From contig JBFWUM010000001.1 of assembly GCA_050247255.1 (NCBI GenBank), forward strand, positions 30,653 to 94,652: 64,000 nucleotides of DNA. Direction: 5' to 3'. The translations under genes and the position numbers were made by a program. Of this stretch, positions 36,831 through 46,473 are shown one piece after another. The notes under the pieces were generated by a model. That model was not told the DNA's origin, did not search any database, and saw only the letters and a list, made by a program, of their open reading frames with translations. The stretch comes from Vicinamibacterales bacterium (GTDB lineage: Bacteria > Acidobacteriota > Vicinamibacteria > Vicinamibacterales > UBA2999). Position 1 is the stretch's first letter. Every line of letters starts with the position of its first letter.

Positions 36831-37936
36831 TTTTCCTCGGGCCGTTCCGCTGGTCGCCGACCCTGCTGCTGCGCGAGGCGGGGGTCGATGGCAACGTGTT
36901 CAACGTGCCGAAGACCGAGACGCCCAGCGAGGACCGGTATGCCGTGTTCCAGCCGCAGGTCGACGGCACGCTGTCGCTGGGGATCGCCGAAATCAGCACG
37001 CAGGCGGCGGCGACGCTCACGTATTTCGAGCGGTATCGCAACCAGCGCAGCACCGGCTACCGGGGGCTGGTTCGCGCGGAGTTCCCCGTGCGGCTGCGCC
37101 CGGCGGTGGGAGCCACGTGGCTCAGATCCCGCGAGCGCTCGAACAACGAAATCGACCTGCGCGCGCCGTTCTCGCAGTCGTCGGTGACGCTGGGCATCAC
37201 CAGCCGGGTCACCAATCGCGCGGCGCTGCAACTCAACGGGTCGCGATCGCTGATCGAGTACGACAAGGGCGTCGTCGTCGCCGGCGAGCAGTTGTCCGAG
37301 CAGCTCAATCGCGAGACCACGGCGGTCCAGGGCACGCTGCGCATCGACATCAGCGGGCTGACGTTCCTGCTGCTCGACGTCACCGGTTCCCGCGACAGCT
37401 TCGTGGAGACGCCGGACCGGCAGACGGACAACTTCCGGACGTCGGTCGGGCTCGAGTTCGCGCCCGATGCCGTCATCCGCGGACGGGCGTCGCTGGGTTA
37501 CCAGAAGCAGGTGTCGCGCGGGCAGGGCGGGTTCCCGTTCGACGGGCTGATCGCCTCGGTCGACCTCAGCTACGCGCTGCTCGACCGGACGCGGGTGGAC
37601 GGGCGCTTGGCCCGCGGCACGAACTATTCGGTGCTCACCGGCGAGGAGTATTACCTGTCGACGGCCGGTGGCGTCGAGATCACCCACAACCTCCTCGGGC
37701 CGCTCGACCTCATCGTCCGTGGCAACCGCGAGCGCCTGGACTACTCGTTCACCCCCGGCGGCGTCGGCGGCCGGGTCGACTGGTCGGATACCTACGGGGG
37801 CGGCATCGCCGTGCGGGTGACGCAGCAGGTGCGTACCTCGCTCAACTACGAAGTGACGCAGCGCGAATCGAGCGCGGGCGTCGAAAACGGGTTCCTTCGG
37901 CGGCGGGTCTTTGCTACCTTCAGCGTCGGGTTATGA
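36821..37936 (+). pseudogene. 5'-truncated outer-membrane beta-barrel of polysaccharide export locus
   Basis: Amphipathic beta-strands ending VFATFSVGL; upstream of wza; no signal peptide. Confidence 0.65.
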
Positions 37937-37937
37937 G

Positions 37938-38786
37938 ATGGTGAAACAGCTACTGCTCTCGTGCGCATGTGCCGTGCTGCTGGCGGTGCCGATCGTCGGC
38001 CAGACCTCCGGCGTCACGCCCGACTACGTCATCGGACCGCAGGACCTGCTGCGGATCATCGTCTTCGACGAGCCGACGCTCTCGAACAGCTATCGCGTCG
38101 ACTCCGACGGCAGCTTCCAGTATCCGTTCCTGGGCCGCGTCGAGGCCGGCGGCAAGACGTTGCGCGAGCTCGAGCAGCTGCTCTCGACCCGCCTCGAGGG
38201 CGGCTTCGTGCGCCGGGCGCAGGTCACCGTCGAAGTGGAGCAGGCGCGCCAGCGCAGCGTCTTCGTCATCGGTGAAGTGCGGAGCCCTGGCAAGTACCAG
38301 ATGACCGGGCAGATGACGATGCTCGAGGCGCTCGCCGCCGCCGGCTCGGTGACCGCGAACGCCGGCAGTGAAGTGATCGTGCTGCGCAGCGGCGGCGGCG
38401 CACTGCCGAACGTCAGCGCCAGTGCACCGGCGGGAACCAACGCCTCCGGGGACGGCGCGAACGTGCGCCGCGCCAACCTGGCCGACCTGCAGCTCGGCCG
38501 GCTGTCCGAGAACCTGATCCTGGAGGAAGGCGATACCGTCTTCGTGCCGAAGGCGGAGAAGTTCTATATGACCGGGCAGATCAAGAGCCCGGGCGCCTAC
38601 ACCTGGGAGCGCGGCCTCACCGTGCTCCAGGCGATCTCGCTGGCCGGCGGGCTCACCGACAAGGGATCGAACCGGCGGATGAAGGTCGTCCGGATCGTCG
38701 ATGGCAAGCAGGTCGAGGAAGGGATTTCGCTGACCGACCAGATTCAGCCCGGCGACACGATCGTCATCGCGCAGCGCCTGCTGTAG
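37938..38786 (+). CDS. wza: Polysaccharide export protein (Poly_export + SLBB)
   Basis: DYVIGPQDLL, YPFLGRV, GEVRSPG, AISLAGG, PGDTIVI. Confidence 0.88.
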   Translation: MVKQLLLSCACAVLLAVPIVGQTSGVTPDYVIGPQDLLRIIVFDEPTLSNSYRVDSDGSFQYPFLGRVEAGGKTLRELEQLLSTRLEGGFVRRAQVTVEVEQARQRSVFVIGEVRSPGKYQMTGQMTMLEALAAAGSVTANAGSEVIVLRSGGGALPNVSASAPAGTNASGDGANVRRANLADLQLGRLSENLILEEGDTVFVPKAEKFYMTGQIKSPGAYTWERGLTVLQAISLAGGLTDKGSNRRMKVVRIVDGKQVEEGISLTDQIQPGDTIVIAQRLL

Positions 38787-38789
38787 CGT

Positions 38790-39617
38790 TTGGCCATTCC
38801 GCTTCCCGTCACGCACATCCGCCCCGGCAGCCGCGGGGTGCGCTTCACGCTGCGCGAAGCGTGGCTGGCGCGCGAGCTGCTGTTCTTCCTCGTGTGGCGT
38901 GACGTCAAGGTCCGCTACAAGCAGACGGTGCTGGGCGTGGCCTGGGCGGTGGTGCAGCCGCTGCTCGGCATGGTCGTGTTCACGCTGTTCTTCGGCCGCC
39001 TCGCGGACATGCCGTCGGACGGCGTGCCCTACCCGTTGTTCTCCTTCGCCGCGCTGGTGCCGTGGACCTACTTTGCCAGCGCCGTGACGGCCGGCGCCGC
39101 GTCGCTGGCGGCGAGCCGATACCTCATCGCCAAGGTGTTCTTCCCGCGGTTGTTCGTGCCGCTGGCGGCGGTGACGATGCCGGCGGTGGACATGGCCATC
39201 GCGCTCGGCATGATGTTCGTGCTGCTGGCGGTGTACGGACACATGCCGCCGCCGGCGGTCCTGCTCCTGCCGTTGCTCATCGCCTACCTGATGCTGCTGG
39301 CCTTCAGCCTGACGCTGTGGATGTCGGCGCTCTCGGTCCAGTACCGCGACATGCGGTACCTGCTGCCGTTCGCGGTGCAGATCCTGCTGTTCCTGACGCC
39401 GGTGGCCTATCCCGCCTCGCTCATCCCGGACCGCTGGCGGCTGCTCTATTTCCTCAACCCGATGTCGGCGGTGGTCGAGGGCTTTCGCGCCGTGTTGCTC
39501 GGCACGCCCGGGCCGGGGCCGCTCCTGTTCGCGTCGGTGGCGGTGACGCTGGTGCTGCTGGTCGGCGGGCTGTTCTATTTCCGCTCGGTCGAGAGCACGC
39601 TGGTGGACCTGCTGTAA
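38790..39617 (+). CDS. wzm: ABC-2 polysaccharide exporter permease
   Basis: RDVKVRYKQTVLGVAWAVVQP, FLTPVAYP, LNPM. Confidence 0.92.
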   Translation: MAIPLPVTHIRPGSRGVRFTLREAWLARELLFFLVWRDVKVRYKQTVLGVAWAVVQPLLGMVVFTLFFGRLADMPSDGVPYPLFSFAALVPWTYFASAVTAGAASLAASRYLIAKVFFPRLFVPLAAVTMPAVDMAIALGMMFVLLAVYGHMPPPAVLLLPLLIAYLMLLAFSLTLWMSALSVQYRDMRYLLPFAVQILLFLTPVAYPASLIPDRWRLLYFLNPMSAVVEGFRAVLLGTPGPGPLLFASVAVTLVLLVGGLFYFRSVESTLVDLL

Positions 39618-39619
39618 GC

Positions 39620-40849
39620 ATGGCGACGGCGATCCGGATGTCGGGGCTCGGCAAGCGCTTCACGATCGGCGCGCGCGAAGCCCAGCACGATACGCTGCGC
39701 GACCGCATCGCGGCCGCCGTGCGGCGTCCCTTCCGCCGCCTCTCCTCCGGCGGTTTCGCCGCCTCGACCACCTTCTGGGCCCTGCAGGACATCACCTACG
39801 AAGTGCCACAGGGCGAGATCGTCGGCATCATCGGCGGCAACGGCGCCGGCAAGTCGACGCTGCTGAAGATTCTGTCGCGCATCACCGACCCGACGACCGG
39901 CGAGGCGGTCATTCACGGCCGCGTCGGGTCGCTGCTCGAGGTCGGCACCGGCTTCCACCCGGACCTGACAGGGCGCGAGAACGTCTACCTGAACGGCGCC
40001 ATCCTCGGGATGCGGAAGCGCGACATCGATCGCAAGTTCGACGACATCGTCGGCTTCTCGGAGCTGGGGGCGTTCATCGACACGCCGGTGAAGCACTACT
40101 CGAGCGGCATGTTCGTCCGCCTCGGCTTCGCCGTGGCGGCGCAGATGGACTCGGAGATCCTGATCGTCGACGAGGTGCTGGCGGTCGGCGACGTCCAGTT
40201 CCAGCGCAAGTGCCTGGGCACCCTGGACAACGTGGCCCGCGGCGGCCGGACGGTGCTCTTCGTCTCGCACAACATGGCGGCCATCCAGCGCTTGTGCACG
40301 TCGGCGGTGCTGCTCGAACGCGGCAAGGTCCGCTTCGCCGGCGACGTGCGGGCGGCGGTCGCGAACTACCTCGGCGGCGAAACGCGCGGTGGCTTCCTGG
40401 CCGAGGCGCGGACCGGTCGCCCGCAAATCCTCTCCGCCGACATCGAGGATGCGGCCGGCGCGATTGCCGGGGTCGCGCTCTGCACCGAGGCCGTCGCCTG
40501 TCGTATCCGGTTCGTCCTGCCGCAGCCGTACCCCGGCGTCCGCGTCGGCATCAACGTCCTCTCCTCCGACGGCGTCGTGCTGTTCTCGAGCCATACCGGC
40601 GACGCCGGCTTGCCGATGCCGGGCGGCGCGGGCGACTACGAAGCCCGGGTCCTCATCCCCGCCAACGCGCTGTTGGCCGGCCAGTTCCACGTCTCGCCCT
40701 TCCTCGAGGCCGGCGGCGAGATGCTCGACATCCAGGAGCCCGGGCTGGCGCTCTCGGTCGACACCGGCCCCTCGCCGTTGTACGCCGAGACGACGCAGCG
40801 CCGCGGATTCGTGCACGTGCCGTGCGCGTGGACGATCGCGCCACACTGA
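39620..40849 (+). CDS. wzt: ABC polysaccharide exporter ATPase with Wzt_C domain
   Basis: GGNGAGKST, YSSGMFVRLGF, VDEVLAVGD. Confidence 0.93.
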   Translation: MATAIRMSGLGKRFTIGAREAQHDTLRDRIAAAVRRPFRRLSSGGFAASTTFWALQDITYEVPQGEIVGIIGGNGAGKSTLLKILSRITDPTTGEAVIHGRVGSLLEVGTGFHPDLTGRENVYLNGAILGMRKRDIDRKFDDIVGFSELGAFIDTPVKHYSSGMFVRLGFAVAAQMDSEILIVDEVLAVGDVQFQRKCLGTLDNVARGGRTVLFVSHNMAAIQRLCTSAVLLERGKVRFAGDVRAAVANYLGGETRGGFLAEARTGRPQILSADIEDAAGAIAGVALCTEAVACRIRFVLPQPYPGVRVGINVLSSDGVVLFSSHTGDAGLPMPGGAGDYEARVLIPANALLAGQFHVSPFLEAGGEMLDIQEPGLALSVDTGPSPLYAETTQRRGFVHVPCAWTIAPH

Positions 40850-40851
40850 CC

Positions 40852-42174
40852 GTGCGCATCGTCCAGGCGGTCGGGTGGTATTTCCCCAGTCACGCGGGCG
40901 GGACCGAGGTCTACGTCGACGAGCTGTCGCGACGGCTGCAGGTCGCCGGCCACGAGGTGCTCGTGGCTGCCCCGGAGCCCGGCGGCACCGGGCCGCGGAC
41001 GTACTCCCACAACGGCGTGCCGGTCTTTCGCTACCCGATTCCGCTCCGGCCGACCCGCGATGAGGCGCAGGGGAGGGTGGTCGCCCGCGGCGCCGCGCAT
41101 TTCCACCAGTGGCTGGAGGCGATGCGTCCCGACATCCTCCACGTGCACACGTTCGTCACCGGGCTCGCGCTCGAAGAGCTGCGGGCGGCGGCGCGGCTCG
41201 GGATCCGCACGACGGTCACGACGCATTCCGCCAGGCTCGGCTTCATCTGCCAGCGTGGCACGCTGATGCGGTTCGGCCGCCGTCTCTGCGATGGCCACAT
41301 CCGGACGGTCACCTGCAGCCGCTGCGCGCTGCAGCACGGAGGGGCGCCGCGGGGCGCCGCGGACGCGCTGGCCCTGGTGCCGCCGCCGCTGGCGGCCGCG
41401 GCGGCGCGGCTGCCGGGGAAGGTGGGCACTGCTCTCGGCATGCCGGCGCTGATTCGCCACAACCGCCGTTCGCAGCACGCGATGTTCGACGTCATCGAGC
41501 GGTTCGTCGTGCTGACGGAACACGCGCGCCGCGCGGTCATCGCCAACGGCGCGCCTGCCGAGCGGACGGTCCTCAACCGGCTGGGCGTGCGGTTCGTCCC
41601 GGCGCCGCACCTGCCGCGCGATCCGAACCGGCCGCTGACCATCGGCTACATCGGCCGGTTCGATCCGGTGAAGGGTGTCGAGGACCTGGCGCGGGCGATC
41701 GCCGGTCGCGCGACGCGTCTGCCGATCCGGTTCGAGTTCCACGGGCCGGTGCGCAACAAGGCGGACCTCGCGGTGCAGACCCGGCTGAAGCGGATCGTCG
41801 GCCCTGACGCATGGGTCGTGTTCGGCGGTGAACTGGATGCCGCCGGCGTGCGGGCGGCGTTGCAGCGGCTCGATGTCGTGTGTTGCCCATCCCGCGTGAT
41901 CGAAGGCGGCCCCACGGTCGCGCTCGAAGCACGCGCCGCCGGCGTCCCGGTCATCGGCAGCGACCTTCCGGGCCTGTCGGAGATCGTGCGCGACGGTGTC
42001 GACGGGCGGCTGGTGCCGGCGGGCGACTGGCGAGCGCTCGCCGCGCTGTTTTCCGAGCTCGCGGCCGAGCCGTCGCTGGTGACCGCGTGGCAGGCGGCGC
42101 TCGGCCCCGTGCGCACGATGGATGATGTGGCGCAGGAGTACATGCTGATGTACGCCGGCCGGGTGTCGTCGTGA
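40852..42174 (+). CDS. GT4 glycosyltransferase
   Basis: GGTEVY, GYIGRFDPVKG, EGGPTVALEARAAG. Confidence 0.88.
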   Translation: MRIVQAVGWYFPSHAGGTEVYVDELSRRLQVAGHEVLVAAPEPGGTGPRTYSHNGVPVFRYPIPLRPTRDEAQGRVVARGAAHFHQWLEAMRPDILHVHTFVTGLALEELRAAARLGIRTTVTTHSARLGFICQRGTLMRFGRRLCDGHIRTVTCSRCALQHGGAPRGAADALALVPPPLAAAAARLPGKVGTALGMPALIRHNRRSQHAMFDVIERFVVLTEHARRAVIANGAPAERTVLNRLGVRFVPAPHLPRDPNRPLTIGYIGRFDPVKGVEDLARAIAGRATRLPIRFEFHGPVRNKADLAVQTRLKRIVGPDAWVVFGGELDAAGVRAALQRLDVVCCPSRVIEGGPTVALEARAAGVPVIGSDLPGLSEIVRDGVDGRLVPAGDWRALAALFSELAAEPSLVTAWQAALGPVRTMDDVAQEYMLMYAGRVSS

Positions 42175-43082
42175 TCGCGATCCGGCACGCCGTCAAGACG
42201 CTCGTGTTCCGGTCCGGAGGCCATGCCGCCCGGCTGCGGGCGGCGCCGCCGCCCGGCCTCGCGGTCCTCTGCTATCACAGCGTGCGTGCGCCCGGCGATT
42301 CCGGGGTTCCGTTCGCCGAGCTGCACGTCCGCGCGGATCGCCTGGCTGCGCATTGCCGCTTTCTCGCCGAGGCGTGCGCGCCGGTCTCGCTCGCCGACGT
42401 GGAGGCTTCCCTCGCGGGTGGGACGGCGCTGCCGCCGGCGGCGGTGCTGGTCACCTTCGACGATGGCTGCCGGAGCGTGCTGACGCGGGCGCTGCCGATT
42501 CTGGAACGCTACCGCGTCCCGGCGCTTGTTTTCGCCTGCAGCGGCACCATCGAACGGCAGGAACTCGCGTGGTACGACGCGCTGGCACGGCGCTCCGGCG
42601 AAGCAGGCGTGGCGGCCACGAAGTACCTCCCGTATGACCAGTGGATCGCGGCCGTGGCGGAGGTGACCGCACCGGCGTCGCCGGACGATCCGCATGGGCC
42701 GCTGACCGTCGCGGAACTGCAGCAGCTCGCCGCGCACCCACTCGTGACGATCGGCGCGCACACGGTGAACCATCCCATCCTGGCGTCGGCGCCGCGGCAG
42801 GTGCAGCGCGAGGAGATCGCCGCCAGCCGACGGGCGCTCGCCGCCTGGACGGGCCAGCCGATTGACGCGTTCGCGTACCCGAACGGGATTCCAGGCGTCG
42901 ACTACACGCCGCAGGCGGTGGACCTGGTGCGCGAGGCTGGGTTCCGGGTGGCGTTCAGCACGCGTCCCGCCTTCGCGACGCCCGGGGTGGAGCGCTTCGA
43001 GCAGCCGCGGTTCGTGATGCTCGACATGCCGGCGGCGGAGCTGGCGCATCGGCTGGCGTTCTCGTGGCCCCGCCCCGCATGA
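42171..43082 (+). CDS. Polysaccharide deacetylase (CE4)
   Basis: CYHSV, TFDDG, GAHTVNHP, FAYPNG. Confidence 0.92.
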   Translation: MIAIRHAVKTLVFRSGGHAARLRAAPPPGLAVLCYHSVRAPGDSGVPFAELHVRADRLAAHCRFLAEACAPVSLADVEASLAGGTALPPAAVLVTFDDGCRSVLTRALPILERYRVPALVFACSGTIERQELAWYDALARRSGEAGVAATKYLPYDQWIAAVAEVTAPASPDDPHGPLTVAELQQLAAHPLVTIGAHTVNHPILASAPRQVQREEIAASRRALAAWTGQPIDAFAYPNGIPGVDYTPQAVDLVREAGFRVAFSTRPAFATPGVERFEQPRFVMLDMPAAELAHRLAFSWPRPA

Positions 43083-44107
43083 GCCTGCGGGTCGCGATCA
43101 CCGTCGACCCGTACTTCCCGGTGCCGCCACGGGGGTACGGCGGGTTCGAGCGCGTCGTCGATGTCCTCGTGCGCGGCCTGGTCGAGCGCGGCCACGACGT
43201 GACGCTGATCGGGCATCGCGATTCGCAGGTGCCGGCGCGCCTCATTCCCTATGGCGCGCCGCCGCACTGGGGCGTCGGACCGCGGTCGAAGGAGCTCTGG
43301 CAGGTCGCGTCGGCGCTGGTCGGGCTGCGGAGGGATATCGACCTGGTGCACAGCTTCGGGCGCCTCGCGGCGCTGCTGCCGCTGCTGCCGCTGCGCACGC
43401 TGCCGAAGATCCAGAGCTACGGCCGCGAGATCGCGTGGCGCGGCGTCCGCCGGGCGTCGCGGCTGGCGGGGCGATCGTTAACGTTCACCGGGTGCTCGAC
43501 CAGTCTCTACGCCTCCGGGCTCCGGCCGGGCGACAACCGCTGGGTGACGATTTACAACCCGGTCGAACTGTCGCTCTACCAGCCGACCGACACGGTGCCG
43601 GCCGATTCGCCACTCGTCTTCCTCGGCCGCGTCGAGCGCATCAAGGGAACGCATTCAGCCATCGCCATCGCGCGGCGCGCCGGACGCCGGCTGGTGATTG
43701 CGGGCAACGCGCCCGACCCCGCGTACTTCGCCGCCGAGGTGGCGCCCCACCTCGGCGCCGACATCCGCTATGTCGGCGAGGTCGACGACGCGGCCAAGAA
43801 CCTCGTCCTGCGGAGCGCGGCCGGGCTCCTCATGCCGATCGAGTGGGAAGAGCCGTTCGGCATCGTGATGATCGAAGCGATGGCCTGCGGCACCCCGGTC
43901 ATCGCCTTCCGGCGTGGCAGCGTGCCGGAAGTCGTCGAAGACGGGGTGAGCGGGTTCATCGCCGACGACGTCGGCGGCGCGGCCACGGCGGTGCGGCGCC
44001 TCGGCGAGATCGACCGCCGGCGCGTGCGCGAGCGGGCGGCGCGCTTTCGCAGCGACGTCATCGTCGACGACTACGAGCGCCTCTACTACGAGGTGTCCGG
44101 GGCATGA
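43079..44107 (+). CDS. GT4 glycosyltransferase
   Basis: VPPRGYGG, FLGRVERIKG, WEEPFGIVMIEAMACG. Confidence 0.92.
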   Translation: MSLRVAITVDPYFPVPPRGYGGFERVVDVLVRGLVERGHDVTLIGHRDSQVPARLIPYGAPPHWGVGPRSKELWQVASALVGLRRDIDLVHSFGRLAALLPLLPLRTLPKIQSYGREIAWRGVRRASRLAGRSLTFTGCSTSLYASGLRPGDNRWVTIYNPVELSLYQPTDTVPADSPLVFLGRVERIKGTHSAIAIARRAGRRLVIAGNAPDPAYFAAEVAPHLGADIRYVGEVDDAAKNLVLRSAAGLLMPIEWEEPFGIVMIEAMACGTPVIAFRRGSVPEVVEDGVSGFIADDVGGAATAVRRLGEIDRRRVRERAARFRSDVIVDDYERLYYEVSGA

Positions 44108-46473
44108 GCGCGCCGATCCGGCTGACGGTCGTCCTCACCCATCCCATCCAGTACATGTCGCCCTGGTTCCGGTGGATCGCCGAGCACTGCCCGGAGCTCC
44201 AGGTCACGGTGGTGTACGGCGCCACGCCGACACCAGAACAACAGGGCGTCGAGTTCGGCTCGGCGATTTCGTGGGACGTCGATCTGCTGGGTGGCCACGC
44301 GCACCGCGTCCTGCTGCCGGCGGCGCCGGGGAGGTCATTCGGCAGCGAGACATTCGCCGGCGTCGACAGCCGCGAGGTGGACGACGCCATCGGCGCGACC
44401 AACCCTGACGCGGTGCTGGTGCCCGGGTGGCACTCGCGACTCTACCTCCGCGCCGTCGCCGCCGCCCGCCGGCGCTGCATCCCGGTGCTCTATCGCGGCG
44501 ATACCAACCTCGAGACGGCGCCCCGTGGCCTGCGGCGCGTCGTCTGGGCGGTGCGGACCCGCGCCCTGCTGCGGCTGTTCGACGGGTACCTGAGCGTCGG
44601 CACGCGGGCGTACGAATACCTGCGCCACCATGGTGTCGTCGACCCGTTGATCGCCCGGTCGCCGGCCGCCGTCGACGTGGATTTCTTCGAAGCCGGCCGG
44701 CGCGGGATGGATGCGGCCGCGCGGACAGCGCTGCGCGCCGCGTGGGGGGCGACGCCGGCGGACTTCGTCGTGTTGTTCGCCGGGAAGTTCGTGCCGCGCA
44801 AGCGGCCGGCCGATGTCATCGACGCGGTGGCGCGCCTGGAGGCACCGGCGGTGGCGGTGATGGCCGGCGCCGGGCCGCTCGAGGCCGCGCTTCGCGAACG
44901 GGCGGCGGCGAGCGGAGCCCGCGTCAGCTGGCCGGGTTTTCTCAACCAGGCCGCCATGCGTGACGCACTCTGTGCCGCCGATTGCCTGGTGCTGCCAAGC
45001 GGATGGGGCGAGACGTGGGGACTGGTCGTCAACGAATCGCTCGCCTCGGGCACGCCGGCGGTCGTCAGCGATCACGTCGGCTGCGCGCCGGACCTCATCG
45101 TTCCCGGGTCGACCGGCGAGACGGCGCCGGTCGGTAACAGCCACGCGCTTGCCGCCGCCCTCGATCGCGTTCGGACGGCGCTCGATCAGGGGGGGATCTC
45201 CACGGAGCTGTGCATCACGCGCGCGCGGACCCACTCGTACGCGGCCGCCACGGCCGGTCTGGTCCGGGGGGTGCGGCGCGTGCAGGCGCACCGCGCGACG
45301 TCGGTTCGGCGCAACCCGGGGCACCCGCGCGTGCTCGCCCTCTGTGGCGGCATGGTCTACGTGTCCGGCGTCGAGCGGATGTCGTTCGAGGCGCTGCGCG
45401 TCATGCGCGAGCGTGGCGCCGCCGTCCACTGCATCGTGAACACGTGGGAGAGCGATGCCATCGTCGCGCGCGCGGAGGCGATTGGCGCCAGTTGGAGCAC
45501 CGGCTATTACTGGTACGCGCTCCGGGCGACGCGCAGCCCGCGGCAGGCGGCGCTGATGGTCTGGGATGTCATGCGCACGAGCCTCGGCCTGCTGCGCGAC
45601 GCGGCGCACTTCCGGCCGACTCACGTGCTGGTCACCGACTACCACACCGGCGTGCGCAATGCCCCGGCGCTGGCCCTGTTGCGCCTGTTCCGCGCGGTGG
45701 TCGTCCACCGGGTTGCCAACGCACCGGAGGCGAGCCGCGGCAAGGGGCTCGTCTGGCGGCTGCTGCTCAATCCCGCCGTCTCCCGGTTCGTCGCCATCTC
45801 GTACTTCATCCAGGACGAGTTGCTCGCGGCCGGCCTTCCGGCCGCGAAAGTGCGCGTCATCCGCAACATGGTGCCGTCGCGGGACGAGCCATGGCCCGCG
45901 GCTCCCGCCCCGGTGCCCGGCCGCGTGATCTACGTCGGCCAGGTGATTCCGCCCAAGGGGCTCGACGTGCTGCTCGAGGCGATTGCGCTGCTTGCGGCCC
46001 GCGGTCACAACGTGACCCTCGACGTGGTTGGCAGCCTGGAGCTGTGGGAAGGCCCGGAGTTCCTCGGCTACCGCCAGCGCATCCGCGAGCGGGCCGGCCA
46101 ACCGGACCTCCGCGACCGCGTCAGGCTGCTCGGGGTCCGCGAGGACGTTCCGCGCCTGCTGGCCGCGGCCGCCGTGCACTGCATGCCGACACGCCCTGAG
46201 ACGCGCGAGGCGCTGGGCAACGCCGTCCTCGAGGCCAAGCGCGGAGGGGTGCCCTCGGTCGTCACGCGGAGCGGGGCGCTGCCGGAGACGGTTACCCACC
46301 GCGTCGACGGTTGGGTATGCGATGACTTTTCCGCGCAGGCCATCGCTGAAGGGCTCGAGTACTTCCTGACCGACGAGCGCGTGCGCGCGGCCGCCGGCAT
46401 GGCGGCGCGGGCATCCGCCGAGGATTTCGCGGAGGCGCGGTTCGCCGAGGCATGGAGGGCCGCGTTCGCGTGA
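44104..46473 (+). CDS. Two-domain (fused) GT4 glycosyltransferase, 789 aa
   Basis: THPIQY N-terminus, FAGKFVPRK, two EX7E motifs. Confidence 0.9.
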   Translation: MSAPIRLTVVLTHPIQYMSPWFRWIAEHCPELQVTVVYGATPTPEQQGVEFGSAISWDVDLLGGHAHRVLLPAAPGRSFGSETFAGVDSREVDDAIGATNPDAVLVPGWHSRLYLRAVAAARRRCIPVLYRGDTNLETAPRGLRRVVWAVRTRALLRLFDGYLSVGTRAYEYLRHHGVVDPLIARSPAAVDVDFFEAGRRGMDAAARTALRAAWGATPADFVVLFAGKFVPRKRPADVIDAVARLEAPAVAVMAGAGPLEAALRERAAASGARVSWPGFLNQAAMRDALCAADCLVLPSGWGETWGLVVNESLASGTPAVVSDHVGCAPDLIVPGSTGETAPVGNSHALAAALDRVRTALDQGGISTELCITRARTHSYAAATAGLVRGVRRVQAHRATSVRRNPGHPRVLALCGGMVYVSGVERMSFEALRVMRERGAAVHCIVNTWESDAIVARAEAIGASWSTGYYWYALRATRSPRQAALMVWDVMRTSLGLLRDAAHFRPTHVLVTDYHTGVRNAPALALLRLFRAVVVHRVANAPEASRGKGLVWRLLLNPAVSRFVAISYFIQDELLAAGLPAAKVRVIRNMVPSRDEPWPAAPAPVPGRVIYVGQVIPPKGLDVLLEAIALLAARGHNVTLDVVGSLELWEGPEFLGYRQRIRERAGQPDLRDRVRLLGVREDVPRLLAAAAVHCMPTRPETREALGNAVLEAKRGGVPSVVTRSGALPETVTHRVDGWVCDDFSAQAIAEGLEYFLTDERVRAAAGMAARASAEDFAEARFAEAWRAAFA

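Noticed and set aside
36823-37053. ORF-track N-terminal extension of the PpiD-like protein
   Set aside because: Antisense read-through of the barrel gene across the junction, not a real N-terminus
1-44880. Unit as plasmid, prophage or ICE
   Set aside because: No rep, par, integrase, conjugation or phage genes recognised; contains housekeeping genes cut at the ends
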